Below, in pieces: positions 1 to 8,877 of a stretch of 32,750 nt of DNA. This stretch comes from Candidatus Geocrenenecus huangii (lineage in GTDB: Archaea > Thermoproteota > Nitrososphaeria_A > Caldarchaeales > Wolframiiraptoraceae). The stretch's first letter is position 1; the number at the start of each line of letters is the position of its first letter. The translations under genes and the position numbers were made by a program. The stretch lies in assembly GCA_023254095.1 (NCBI GenBank), contig JALNLM010000016.1, positions 1 to 32,750 of the forward strand, given 5' to 3'. The notes under the pieces were generated by a model that worked only from the letters and a program-made list of their open reading frames with translations, did no database searches and had not been told where the DNA came from.

Positions 1-108
1 GTAGCTAGAGTTGAGACCTCAATAGATATAGGTGGCGTATGCTGGGAGCTTCTTTTGACGGTCGAGCCGACTGAATCTATCGATGAGTCTGGGGAGGAGC
101 AGGCATGA
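1..108 (+). CDS. 3' end of an unknown protein (partial at window edge), coupled to the next gene
   Basis: Frame 1 is open from base 1 (VARVETSIDIGGVCWELLLTVEPTESIDESGEEQA) to TGA 106-108, which overlaps ATG 105 (ATGA). GGAGG precedes the next start. Confidence 0.6.
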   Translation, partial: VARVETSIDIGGVCWELLLTVEPTESIDESGEEQA

Positions 109-491
109 GAACGATTATATTAATTCTAGTTCTTCTCTCTATAGCTGTTGCATACTCTGCAACTATCATCGTTACAGAGATATCCGAGATAGGAGGTACA
201 GATGCTGTGAAGGTAAGCAAATACAATATTAGAGTTATTAGCATCTCTATAGAAGTCTCAGGCAATGTTTACAATAACCGGATTACCTCGATCACTGTTA
301 GTGTAGCTTCTTCTCATCCTGGATACTACAACGTTCAAGCGACTGTCATTAGTGGTCAGTGTACGGACGCAACTTCTTGGACAAACATATATCTTGACTC
401 TACACCTAGATCTCTTACGAGTAGCCTCTCGAATCAATGTCGTTACACCCCTCCTGGAGCAACAGTTGAAGTAAGAGGTGTTCCTGCTTGA
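105..491 (+). CDS. small secreted beta-rich protein with signal peptide; candidate SipW substrate
   Basis: MRT plus hydrophobic stretch plus AYSA cleavage-like site; Ser/Thr/Val-rich body with two Cys; stop overlaps the TTG start of the signal peptidase. Confidence 0.75.
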   Translation: MRTIILILVLLSIAVAYSATIIVTEISEIGGTDAVKVSKYNIRVISISIEVSGNVYNNRITSITVSVASSHPGYYNVQATVISGQCTDATSWTNIYLDSTPRSLTSSLSNQCRYTPPGATVEVRGVPA

Positions 492-1141
492 AGACGAAGC
501 TTCTAGCAATCTTCATCATTACAGTAATAATCTTAACCTCTATTTCGCTGGTCGACGATTTGAGAATGTTCCGTATCGTTTCTCCAAGCATGGAGCCCGC
601 TGTTCCGGTCGGCTCGCTCGTCATAGTATCTCAAACAGAGCCGATAGAGGTAGGGGACGTCGTCGCGTACGAGCTCGAAGTCTTAGGCAGGAAGTATACG
701 GTCGTTCACAGAGTAGTAGACGTTGAGGATAGAGTATACATGGTGAAGGCAGACGTAGACGCTTCGGGTCTAGGAGAGAGAGTTGAAGCTGGAAGAATTA
801 TAGGTAAAGCTGTACTAGTAATCCCCTATCTAGGATACTTGGCTGGAGCATTTATAGCCGTCCCAGCAATAATAATCCTAATCCCAATCATAGGCAAGAA
901 AGGTGGATTAGGCTTCCCCGCAGCGGCATTCATATCTTTCCTACCATCCGTACTACCATTACAAGGCTTAGCATCTATCCTCGGTAACATATATTTCACA
1001 ACAATCGTGGTTGGAGCAGTAATCGTTGGAAGAATAATAGAGCTTAAAGATGAAGATATGGCGGAAATAATCTACACGCTAGCTGCAGGAGTAAGCGTTG
1101 TAAGCATCAACGTACTGGAAGTAGTAAGATGGTTCGCCTAG
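488..1141 (+). CDS. signal peptidase I, S26B/SipW type, with extra C-terminal TM helices
   Basis: IVSPSMEP (catalytic Ser), GDVVAY, VVHRVV (catalytic His), KAD for KGD, IPYLGY; N-terminal anchor and hydrophobic C-terminus. Confidence 0.9.
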   Translation: MKTKLLAIFIITVIILTSISLVDDLRMFRIVSPSMEPAVPVGSLVIVSQTEPIEVGDVVAYELEVLGRKYTVVHRVVDVEDRVYMVKADVDASGLGERVEAGRIIGKAVLVIPYLGYLAGAFIAVPAIIILIPIIGKKGGLGFPAAAFISFLPSVLPLQGLASILGNIYFTTIVVGAVIVGRIIELKDEDMAEIIYTLAAGVSVVSINVLEVVRWFA

Positions 1142-1221
1142 CAGATCAACATAAATGCAACGATGACATCGTGAACATTTCTTGTAGCAAGAAGGATACT
1201 TGGTCAATATGGATTAACCTG

Positions 1222-1292
1222 CATCGATGGTGATGAACAGTTTGCGGCACAGACGTGAAGACGAATATGCCGTCGAGAATATGAACATCGAT
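1222..1292 (+). ncRNA. candidate C/D-box-like small RNA
   Basis: GTGATGA (1230-1236), CAGA (1250-1253), GTGAAGA (1255-1261), ATGA (1281-1284), bracketed by ATCGATG/CATCGAT; the boxes other than C are degenerate. Confidence 0.3.
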
Positions 1293-1349
1293 AGCTTCCA
1301 AGTCTAATCCTTATATACAGGCTTCAGTAGAGAACGATTGAAAAAATAA

Positions 1350-1820
1350 ATGTTGGAGCAGGCAGCCTCAGTAAGAATAATCGTCGACGCAGAAAAGCAG
1401 AGACTAGGTAGGATGGCCTCTAGAATCGCGAAACTCCTACTCTCAGGAGTCGAGGTGGTAGTCGTAAACGCGGAGAAAGCAGTGGTTACAGGTAGCAAGA
1501 CCGCTATCCTAGAGAGATATCTTAAGTTAATGAGGAGGAGGCAACTTACATCTCATAAAGTTATAAAAGTCTGGTATCCTAGAAAACCAGACAGGATAGT
1601 TTGGTATACTATTGCTCGAATGCTCCCCCGCAAAAAGCCTAAAGGCAGAGAAGCATTAGGAAGATTAAAAGTATACATGGGTGTCCCTGAACAATTCCAG
1701 AACATTGAAAAGGTAAAATTCAAAGATGCAGAGCTAGGAGACGGTGTAAGCAAGTCGGGGAGAGTATTGAGATACATGACTATAGGAGAGATATCTAGAA
1801 TAATAGGAGGTAGACAATAG
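1350..1820 (+). CDS. rpl13: 50S ribosomal protein uL13
   Basis: IIVDAE..LGRMAS.IAK.LL.G..VVVVNAEKAVVTG, PRKPD, RMLPRKKPKGREAL.RLKVYMGVP. Confidence 0.97.
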   Translation: MLEQAASVRIIVDAEKQRLGRMASRIAKLLLSGVEVVVVNAEKAVVTGSKTAILERYLKLMRRRQLTSHKVIKVWYPRKPDRIVWYTIARMLPRKKPKGREALGRLKVYMGVPEQFQNIEKVKFKDAELGDGVSKSGRVLRYMTIGEISRIIGGRQ

Positions 1821-1821
1821 A

Positions 1822-2220
1822 ATGGTTAAGCTTATGGGGCCATTCGTAGGTAGGAGAAAGACAGCTATAGCAAAACTATACATAAGACCTGGGAAGGGAA
1901 ACATTTACATAAACAACCAACCTATAACCTACTTCGGAAACGAGATCATAAGAAACAAGATACTTACCCCGCTTTACCTAGATGAGAAATTCTGGAAAAA
2001 CCATGACTTCTACGTAAAAGTTGAAGGTGGAGGGGTAATAGCGATAGCAGATGCGGTATCCTTCGCATTAGCTAAAGCACTTGCTTCAAGAAGCGAGAAC
2101 GTGGCCCAGAAGATAAAAGAATATAATAGAATACTGCTGGCTGGAGATCCCAGACAAACAGAACCGAAGAAGCCAAACAGATACTCTGCTAGAAGATTCA
2201 AACAGAAATCCTATAGGTAA
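1822..2220 (+). CDS. rps9: 30S ribosomal protein uS9
   Basis: GRRKTAIA, GKGNIYIN, VEGGG, GDPRQTEPKK, C-terminal KSYR; follows rpl13. Confidence 0.97.
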   Translation: MVKLMGPFVGRRKTAIAKLYIRPGKGNIYINNQPITYFGNEIIRNKILTPLYLDEKFWKNHDFYVKVEGGGVIAIADAVSFALAKALASRSENVAQKIKEYNRILLAGDPRQTEPKKPNRYSARRFKQKSYR

Positions 2221-2262
2221 TATTTTAGAGGAAGAGCTGGTTGATGAGTGTCTCCTAAGATT

Positions 2263-3444
2263 TTATAACTGAGTGCAGTTCAAGAAGGCCTCTGCATATT
2301 TGTAGAAATGGTCGGGAAAAACCAAGACCGATACACCATCTCGTTCAGAGAGCTTTTCTAGACCTGCTATTATAGCTCCAGAGCTTAAACCTATGGGTAA
2401 ACCATCCATACTGGAGACTTTCGTCAATCCCTCGATAGCTTCTCTCCTAGTAACATCGACCACATGGTCTATCTTTACATAGTGTATCCATTTCATGCCT
2501 GTCTCCACTCTCCTCATACCCGGTATCGTCTCATCATTGGCTGGCTGAACACCTACGACCTCTACCTCATCCCCATACCTGTTCTTGAAGTAGAATGATA
2601 TAGCACTCGCATGACCGGAGGTTCCAAGAGCGCAAATTATTCTTCTAGGTTTTAAACCGATACTCTTCAGCTGGTAGTCGAGCTCTTTAGATGTATATCT
2701 TAGATGACATATGAAGTTAGCATCATTTTCGAACTGGTCGATATGTAGTGCATTATCTCTTATAGAATCCTGTCTTACCAAGTTTATGGCCTCTACAGTT
2801 AGTTGTTCTTGAACTCTAATGACCTCTGAGCCTAGAAGCCTTAGATAGATATCGCTACATCTCTGAACAGTCCTCGGAAGATATATCCTGGTTTTCAGAT
2901 TAAGGCTCTTTCCTATGCATGATAAGGCTATGCCGGTATTAGTCGAAGAAGCCTCATAAATGGATCTAGTACCATGTAGAATCCTTCCATTTTCTAATGC
3001 ATCTATGATCATATACCAACCAATCCTATCCTTGATGCTATTACTGAAGGGGTTCAAGTATTCTAACTTGGCCCAAACTTCTCGTGAACCACTCGATAAA
3101 GAATTCAGCCGGATTAAAGGAGTAGGCCAGCAAGCCTTGATTAATTCTGTATGATTTCTACAAACCTTCATCGGGTTAAAATCCAGGTCTTCACGGAATC
3201 CAAGATCTTCCAATGATAAATCGACTCTCTCTCTACAGTTTATCGATGCAGGGATAAATCGCACCCCTAAAATCTTCAAAGCATGAAATCTCTTGTAGTC
3301 TGCTAAACATACATTATACCCTTCATCCAGCTGGATCGTCTCGGTAACTCTACACGTCCTCAATAACTTGATAGCTTCATCGAGGAGCTCACCTATAGGT
3401 GGTCTAGGAAGAGATCTAACATCTTCTATGGGTACTAACTTCAT
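2263..3444 (-). CDS. PLP-dependent cysteine synthase, O-phosphoserine sulfhydrylase type, with N-terminal degenerate ParB/SerK-like domain
   Basis: PTPLIRL, KLEYLNPFSNSIKDR (PLP Lys), EASSTNTG, LGTSGH and IPGMRRVETG, resembling Aeropyrum OPSS as I recall it; about 90 extra N-terminal residues. Confidence 0.88.
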   Translation of the reverse strand: MKLVPIEDVRSLPRPPIGELLDEAIKLLRTCRVTETIQLDEGYNVCLADYKRFHALKILGVRFIPASINCRERVDLSLEDLGFREDLDFNPMKVCRNHTELIKACWPTPLIRLNSLSSGSREVWAKLEYLNPFSNSIKDRIGWYMIIDALENGRILHGTRSIYEASSTNTGIALSCIGKSLNLKTRIYLPRTVQRCSDIYLRLLGSEVIRVQEQLTVEAINLVRQDSIRDNALHIDQFENDANFICHLRYTSKELDYQLKSIGLKPRRIICALGTSGHASAISFYFKNRYGDEVEVVGVQPANDETIPGMRRVETGMKWIHYVKIDHVVDVTRREAIEGLTKVSSMDGLPIGLSSGAIIAGLEKLSERDGVSVLVFPDHFYKYAEAFLNCTQL

Positions 3445-3885
3445 TTATTCATCCTCCATCAATCTTCTTAGAGGAATATTGACTTCAGGAATTACGATGT
3501 CTCTTACGACATGCTTACTCGTCTTGTATGGAAGCTTCTTACTTCTCGACAACCCCGCATTGACAACTATTTCTTTGGTTACATTCCAATCATTACGCCA
3601 TGAGTAAACTTCGATCAATGGAGAATCGTAGTCTACTAAGAATACTGGGGCAAGTCTTGCTCCCAGCATCTTTAAAACAGCATATCTATGATGACCATCC
3701 AATAGGATGTAATATCTATCCTCGACCAGTAACGGCTTTACGAGCATCTTGTCTCTGACAACTTCATGATACAATTTCAAGACATAATCTCTACATACTT
3801 CTTCATGCGGTTTGATAAGTTTCATAGGAACGAGATATACTCTCCAAGGAATAAGGAGCTGCCGGCTCTTAAGAGATACTGACAC
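3445..3885 (-). CDS. serK: ParB/Srx-fold free serine kinase, SerK/SbnI-like
   Basis: KPHEE, KPLLV, ILLDGHHRY, LVDY, VYSW motifs. Start reassigned to GTG 3885, which has AGGTGG upstream, instead of 4020. Stop abuts the cysteine synthase start. Confidence 0.75.
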   Translation of the reverse strand: MSVSLKSRQLLIPWRVYLVPMKLIKPHEEVCRDYVLKLYHEVVRDKMLVKPLLVEDRYYILLDGHHRYAVLKMLGARLAPVFLVDYDSPLIEVYSWRNDWNVTKEIVVNAGLSRSKKLPYKTSKHVVRDIVIPEVNIPLRRLMEDE

Positions 3886-3989
3886 AAATATAGACCACCT
3901 GTAACTAACGCTGCTACACCGGATATTTAACTTTAACACACTAACAAAAAAGGACTTAACTCCAGGGCATCTTGAAGAACACGCTAAAA

Positions 3990-4004
3990 GAGTAAACTTA
4001 TATA
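3990..4004 (+). promoter_or_regulatory. BRE/TATA promoter of rpoN (probably leaderless)
   Basis: GAGTAAACTTATATA about 30 nt before ATG 4035. Confidence 0.5.
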
Positions 4005-4034
4005 GTATGCCGGACGGCAAGATAGTGAAATTAC

Positions 4035-4256
4035 ATGATGTTTCCTATTAGATGTTTTACGTGTGGCGCATTGATAGCGGATAAATGGGAGGAATATCAG
4101 GAAAGAGTAGAGAGAGGAGAAGAACCTGGAAAAGTCCTAGATTCACTAGGAGTGAAAAGATACTGTTGTAGAAGAATGTTCCTTACACACTACGAAGTAT
4201 ATGATGAAATCGTGAAGTTCCACACAATATATGGATATAAGGAAGCAACGGAGTAA
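4035..4256 (+). CDS. rpoN: DNA-directed RNA polymerase subunit N (Rpo10)
   Basis: PIRCFTCG...[18 protein letters not shown] zinc-binding signature. Confidence 0.98.
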   Translation: MMFPIRCFTCGALIADKWEEYQERVERGEEPGKVLDSLGVKRYCCRRMFLTHYEVYDEIVKFHTIYGYKEATE

Positions 4257-4316
4257 AGGCCAAAACATAGTGAACCCAGCAAAACTTATATTAGAAGAAC
4301 AGTATCTCTAAATGTT

Positions 4317-5228
4317 ATGTTTAGACCTTTATCCACTTACTCGATAGTAGCAATAGATAGGGTGAATGGGGTAATGGGGGTCGCAGTCCAATCTCACTGG
4401 TTCTCTGTAGGTTCAATAGTTGCATGGGCTGAGCCTGGAGTAGGAGTAGTTGCAACTCAATCGGTAGTTGAGGTTAGCTATGGCCCCCTAGGTTTAGCGT
4501 TAATGCGTGGGGGAATGACGGCGGAGAAAGCTCTTAAAGCATTATTATGCATTGACCAGTTCCCTGAAGTTAGGCAGGTGGCAATGCTTGATAAAAATGG
4601 AATCGTGGCAGCTCATACTGGCAGTAAATGCATACCAGAGGCAGGCCACATCATCGGAGACGGATTTAGTGTACAAGCCAACTTAATGCGGAGTAGTAGA
4701 GTATGGGTAGAGATGGCTGAAGCATTTAAGAATAGTAAAGGACCTTTACATGAAAGACTCTTAACAGCTCTCGAAGCAGCAGAAGCTGCTGGAGGAGATA
4801 TAAGAGGAAGGCAATCAGCATGCATACTAGTCGTTAAAACTAGTTCATCGGGATCTATCTGGGGAGGTAAAATAGTGGACCTCCGAGTAGAAGATCATCC
4901 AGAACCATTAAAAGAATTGAGGAGGCTTGTTACACTCCATGAAGCATATGAGCATGCCAATAGAGGGGATAGCCTGGTGGCGGAGGGAAAGATCGAAGAA
5001 GCCTTACAAGAGTATAAGAAAGCATCAGAACTCGCACCCGACAAGATAGAATTAAAATTCTGGCAAGCCTTAACCATGTACCTGCATGATAGACGAACGG
5101 AGGCTGAAAAAATCTTTAAAGAAGTATTCTCAAAGAGTAAAGATTGGAAGACCGTATTAAGGTCTCTACCTAGAACAGGTTTATTCGATATAAAAGAAGA
5201 AGATGTAGAAGAAATCCTAAAACTGTAA
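4317..5228 (+). CDS. DUF1028 Ntn-hydrolase-like protein with C-terminal TPR
   Basis: TYSIVA, GVAVQS, VATQS, RQVAM, AHTG, QANLM, GGDIRGRQSA, DLRVEDHPEP; helical TPR-like tail. Confidence 0.88.
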   Translation: MFRPLSTYSIVAIDRVNGVMGVAVQSHWFSVGSIVAWAEPGVGVVATQSVVEVSYGPLGLALMRGGMTAEKALKALLCIDQFPEVRQVAMLDKNGIVAAHTGSKCIPEAGHIIGDGFSVQANLMRSSRVWVEMAEAFKNSKGPLHERLLTALEAAEAAGGDIRGRQSACILVVKTSSSGSIWGGKIVDLRVEDHPEPLKELRRLVTLHEAYEHANRGDSLVAEGKIEEALQEYKKASELAPDKIELKFWQALTMYLHDRRTEAEKIFKEVFSKSKDWKTVLRSLPRTGLFDIKEEDVEEILKL

Positions 5229-5368
5229 TAAGAATTACAATCACCAATAAACATCAATGCTACCTGGTTCTCCGACCACGTCTCACTCAACGATTCTCTC
5301 ATAGGGTTATTCCAACTGTATATTTTTCTTAGTTAATGTTTATATACATAATGATTTCAGTAGGTTAC

Positions 5369-6958
5369 ATGAGAAAAATTAGTCGTACAGCATTATCAAG
5401 GGTCGCGGTAGTTGTTATTGCTATTGTGGTAATAGCTGCAGTGGCCTTGTCAGCTTTTTATCTTACATCCACGGTTTCTCCACCTCAACCGAAAAGATCT
5501 GATACTCTCATAATAGGTACTACTGACAGGGTTACACAGATGGATCCCGCAAAAGCATACGACTTCTACACATGGGAGGTTCTAAACAATGTACTTGAAG
5601 GCTTAATGAAGTATGAGCCTGGGACAGCTAGGTTAACCTTTGGATTAGCTGAAAGGTATACTGTGAGTTCTGACGGAACAGAATATGTCTTCAAACTGAA
5701 AGAAGGCTTAAAGTTTAGTGATGGAACACCTCTAGACGCTACTCATGTTAAATACCAGATAGACAGAGTATTCGCTACTCAAGCAGATCCTTCATGGCTT
5801 GTAACCTCATTTGTTGAAAGCGTAGAAGTCTTGAATTCAACAGCAATAAAATTCAAGCTGTATGCTCCAACATCATTCTTTCCTGCATTATTGGCTACAC
5901 CACCATACTTCCCCGTTAATCCTAAAGGATACCCTCTCGATGAAATTGCTCCCGACTCAACAGCGGGCGGAGCAGGACCGTACAGGATCAAGAGCTGGGT
6001 TAGGGACCAGCAATTGATCCTAGAAGCAAACCCATACTATCACGGGCCTCCTCCTGCTACGAAGACAATAGTAATAAAATTCTACAAAGATGCATCATCG
6101 CTTAGACTAGCTGTTGAGAGAGGAGAGATAGATATTGCTTGGAGAGCCTTAAACCCAGTCGATTTAGAAGACCTTCGTAAGAATCCTAAACTACAGGTCC
6201 TCGAAGTCCCAGCCTCATATATTGGATTCTTGGTCTTCAATACTAAAGACCCTCCATTCAACGATGTAAGAGTTAGGAAAGCGCTGGCAGCCGCTATCGA
6301 TAGAAAGGAAATAGCATCTAAAGCATTCTTTGATACAGTCATACCATTGTATACTCTTGTTCCAAGCTTCTTGTGGGGTCGTGAAGAATCGTTTAGAAAA
6401 CTTGGAGACGCAAACATAGAGTTAGCTAGGTCTCTCCTAAGGGAAGCGGGATACTCTGAGCAGAATAAGCTCCAAGTCGAGTTGTGGTACACTACTACTC
6501 AGCTAGGAGAACCGGGAAGAGATATGGCCTTAGTAATTAAAGATAGCTGGGAGAAGACAGGCTTAGTAAGTGTGTCTCTGAATACAGCTGAGTGGGCAAC
6601 TTACCTAGACAATGCAGCTAACGGTATAATGAAAGTCTACATCCAGACCTGGTATCCAGACTACTTAGACCCTGATGATTATCTAACGCCCTTCCTAGTA
6701 CCTGAAGCGAATAGCTGGAGCGGATGCTTCTACGACAACGAGGAGGTAACAAACCTAATACTGGAAGCGCAGAAGATAACCGACCAGAATGCTAGAGCCA
6801 ATCTGTACAAGAAGGTTCAGGAAATTGTTGCAGAAGAGATACCTTTTGTCCCAGTATTCGAAGGGAAAACAATAATGGTAGCAGCAAAAGGAGTCAAAGG
6901 AGTTCTGCTAGATGCTACGACCTTGTTAAAGTATTTGACAATATACAAGGAAACATAA
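5369..6958 (+). CDS. dppA: peptide/nickel ABC transporter substrate-binding protein (family 5)
   Basis: MDPA, EGL, LKFSDGTP, GAGPY, PPFNDVRVRKAL, W.PDYLDPD; N-terminal TM helix; start set at the Met about 23 nt after TTTATATA. Confidence 0.92.
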   Translation: MRKISRTALSRVAVVVIAIVVIAAVALSAFYLTSTVSPPQPKRSDTLIIGTTDRVTQMDPAKAYDFYTWEVLNNVLEGLMKYEPGTARLTFGLAERYTVSSDGTEYVFKLKEGLKFSDGTPLDATHVKYQIDRVFATQADPSWLVTSFVESVEVLNSTAIKFKLYAPTSFFPALLATPPYFPVNPKGYPLDEIAPDSTAGGAGPYRIKSWVRDQQLILEANPYYHGPPPATKTIVIKFYKDASSLRLAVERGEIDIAWRALNPVDLEDLRKNPKLQVLEVPASYIGFLVFNTKDPPFNDVRVRKALAAAIDRKEIASKAFFDTVIPLYTLVPSFLWGREESFRKLGDANIELARSLLREAGYSEQNKLQVELWYTTTQLGEPGRDMALVIKDSWEKTGLVSVSLNTAEWATYLDNAANGIMKVYIQTWYPDYLDPDDYLTPFLVPEANSWSGCFYDNEEVTNLILEAQKITDQNARANLYKKVQEIVAEEIPFVPVFEGKTIMVAAKGVKGVLLDATTLLKYLTIYKET

Positions 6959-6986
6959 ATATCGCTAGTACGAGAAGAAGCTGAAG

Positions 6987-8000
6987 ATGGCTAGCCTGAG
7001 AAGCTACATTGTTACGAGGCTGCTGCTAGTTATACCGATGGTATTCATAGTACTCACTATCATCTTTATTGTTCTAAGAATTCTCCCAGGAGATCCTGTC
7101 ATCACGGTTCTAGGTCCAAAATCGACACTAGAAGAAAGAGAGAGGCTGAGAGAACAGCTGGGTCTCAATAAACCGATATACATACAATACGTAGAATATC
7201 TAGGCAATATTGTGAGAGGCGACCTAGGTAGGTCATTGATATTTGGTAGACGACTAGTGATAGATGAAATCATGGATAGGTTTCCAGCTACCGTAGAGTT
7301 AGCGGTCACCTCACTTATCTTCGGAGCGGGAGTCGGCATACTCATAGGTTCCCTCGGCGCATTGTCTAAAAGAAAAAGTGTCGATATTATTTCAAGATTG
7401 TATGGGATAGCGTCTTATTCATTCTTTATTCCTTGGCTAGGATTAATGCTACAGATGGGGTTAAGTATAGGTCTGGGATTATTCCCAGTCTCAGGAAGAA
7501 TCGACCCTCTACTAACACCTCCTAGAATAACTGGTCTATACTTAGTAGATAGTCTCCTAACAGGAAGACTTGACTCATTTCTGAGCGCTCTATGGCATAT
7601 AGTTCTACCAACAATAACTCTGGGCACAGTTATCTCAGGTATATTCGCTAAACTTGGAAGGACAAGCTTCGCAGAAGTGATTGTGCAAGACCATGTACTG
7701 GCAGCGAGAGCTAGAGGAATCAGAGAATCGACAGTATTTAGACATCACGTGGCCAGGAATGCCATCGTCCCTATAATGACTATGATGGGTTTACAATTTG
7801 CACTACTGCTGGGAGGTACTGTTCTAACTGAAGCAACATTCTCATGGCCTGGGATGGGCTACCTCTTATTTGAGAGAATACTCTACAGAGACTACAATGT
7901 TATCCAAGGTGTATTGATAATATTCGGATTACTTGTCGCTTTAATAAACTTGATAGTAGATATTCTCTACGCATACGTTGATCCCAGGGTGAGGTTCTAA
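6987..8000 (+). CDS. dppB: peptide ABC transporter permease
   Basis: LPGDP, LGLNKPIYIQY, ARARG loop, TEATFSWPGMG, YAYVDPRV. Confidence 0.95.
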   Translation: MASLRSYIVTRLLLVIPMVFIVLTIIFIVLRILPGDPVITVLGPKSTLEERERLREQLGLNKPIYIQYVEYLGNIVRGDLGRSLIFGRRLVIDEIMDRFPATVELAVTSLIFGAGVGILIGSLGALSKRKSVDIISRLYGIASYSFFIPWLGLMLQMGLSIGLGLFPVSGRIDPLLTPPRITGLYLVDSLLTGRLDSFLSALWHIVLPTITLGTVISGIFAKLGRTSFAEVIVQDHVLAARARGIRESTVFRHHVARNAIVPIMTMMGLQFALLLGGTVLTEATFSWPGMGYLLFERILYRDYNVIQGVLIIFGLLVALINLIVDILYAYVDPRVRF

Positions 8001-8002
8001 GA

Positions 8003-8866
8003 ATGGTTTCAATGAATGTAACTCGCCTAATCGGTAGGCTGCTACCGCAGCGGAAAACGCCTCACTACCTAGTCTTTACAGGCGGACTCATAGTTGCATC
8101 GATAATTATAATGTCATTGATAGCGCCCCTACTCACCGAATACGATCCTACCATCCCCGTAGCCGATCCCCTACTACCACCTTCTCCTGAACATCCTCTA
8201 GGAACAAATAACCTAGGATACGATATGTTCAGTAGACTACTCTACGGGGGTAGAACCGTTCTATACATCGTCATACTGTCAACGTTGATGTCTATGATCG
8301 CAGGTGTCTCTCTCGGATTAGTTTCAGGCTATTACGGCGGATACAAAGATAGAGTTCTAACCTTGATTATGGATAGTGTCTACTCCTTTCCAGACGTAAT
8401 ACTGGCTATAGCTATCTCGATAGCTCTTGGACCAGGAATCTATAATGCCGCAATAGCGATAGCAGTAGTATACATCCCGACATACTTCAGGATGGTTAGA
8501 GGTCAAGCATTAGTTCTGAGAGAGCAGGGATACGTTGTTGCAGCTCATATGCTAGGTGCCAAGGATTGGTGGATCATGGTAAGATATATCCTGCCCAACC
8601 TTCTACCAGTAGTAGTCGTAGTCTTCACGTTAAATATTACTGACGCTATACTTACGGAAGCAGCTTTAAGCTTTCTGGGCCTCGGTGTCGTACCGCCTAC
8701 ACCAGATTGGGGCTATGACCTGAGAGCAGGTCAGACCTACCTACCCTCAGGATACTGGTGGCTCGTAACATTTCCAGGACTAATGATAATGGTCTTAGTG
8801 ATAGGTTTCAGCTTAATTGGAGAAGGGCTTAACGATATTCTCAACCCACGCATCTCGAGAAGATAG
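8003..8866 (+). CDS. dppC: peptide ABC transporter permease
   Basis: HPLGTNNLGYDMFSR, ILTEAALSFLGLG, PDWG, WWLVTFPG. Confidence 0.95.
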   Translation: MVSMNVTRLIGRLLPQRKTPHYLVFTGGLIVASIIIMSLIAPLLTEYDPTIPVADPLLPPSPEHPLGTNNLGYDMFSRLLYGGRTVLYIVILSTLMSMIAGVSLGLVSGYYGGYKDRVLTLIMDSVYSFPDVILAIAISIALGPGIYNAAIAIAVVYIPTYFRMVRGQALVLREQGYVVAAHMLGAKDWWIMVRYILPNLLPVVVVVFTLNITDAILTEAALSFLGLGVVPPTPDWGYDLRAGQTYLPSGYWWLVTFPGLMIMVLVIGFSLIGEGLNDILNPRISRR

Positions 8867-8877
8867 AGCACACTACA

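Noticed and set aside
1237-1249. 9-nt complementarity of the candidate sRNA spacer to the 23S BHB (CCGCAAACT, 22598-22606)
   Set aside because: A 9-mer match is plausible by chance in 33 kb, and the flanking bases mismatch.
3445-3885. ParB partition protein or plasmid signature
   Set aside because: No HTH domain or ParA partner; motifs and context fit a serine kinase.
3886-4020. N-terminal extension of the SerK-like ORF
   Set aside because: It overlaps the divergent promoter region; GTG 3885 with a ribosome-binding site is the better start.
4257-4316. tRNA or rpoK expected after rpoN
   Set aside because: A 60-bp AT-rich spacer with a TATA-like motif only.
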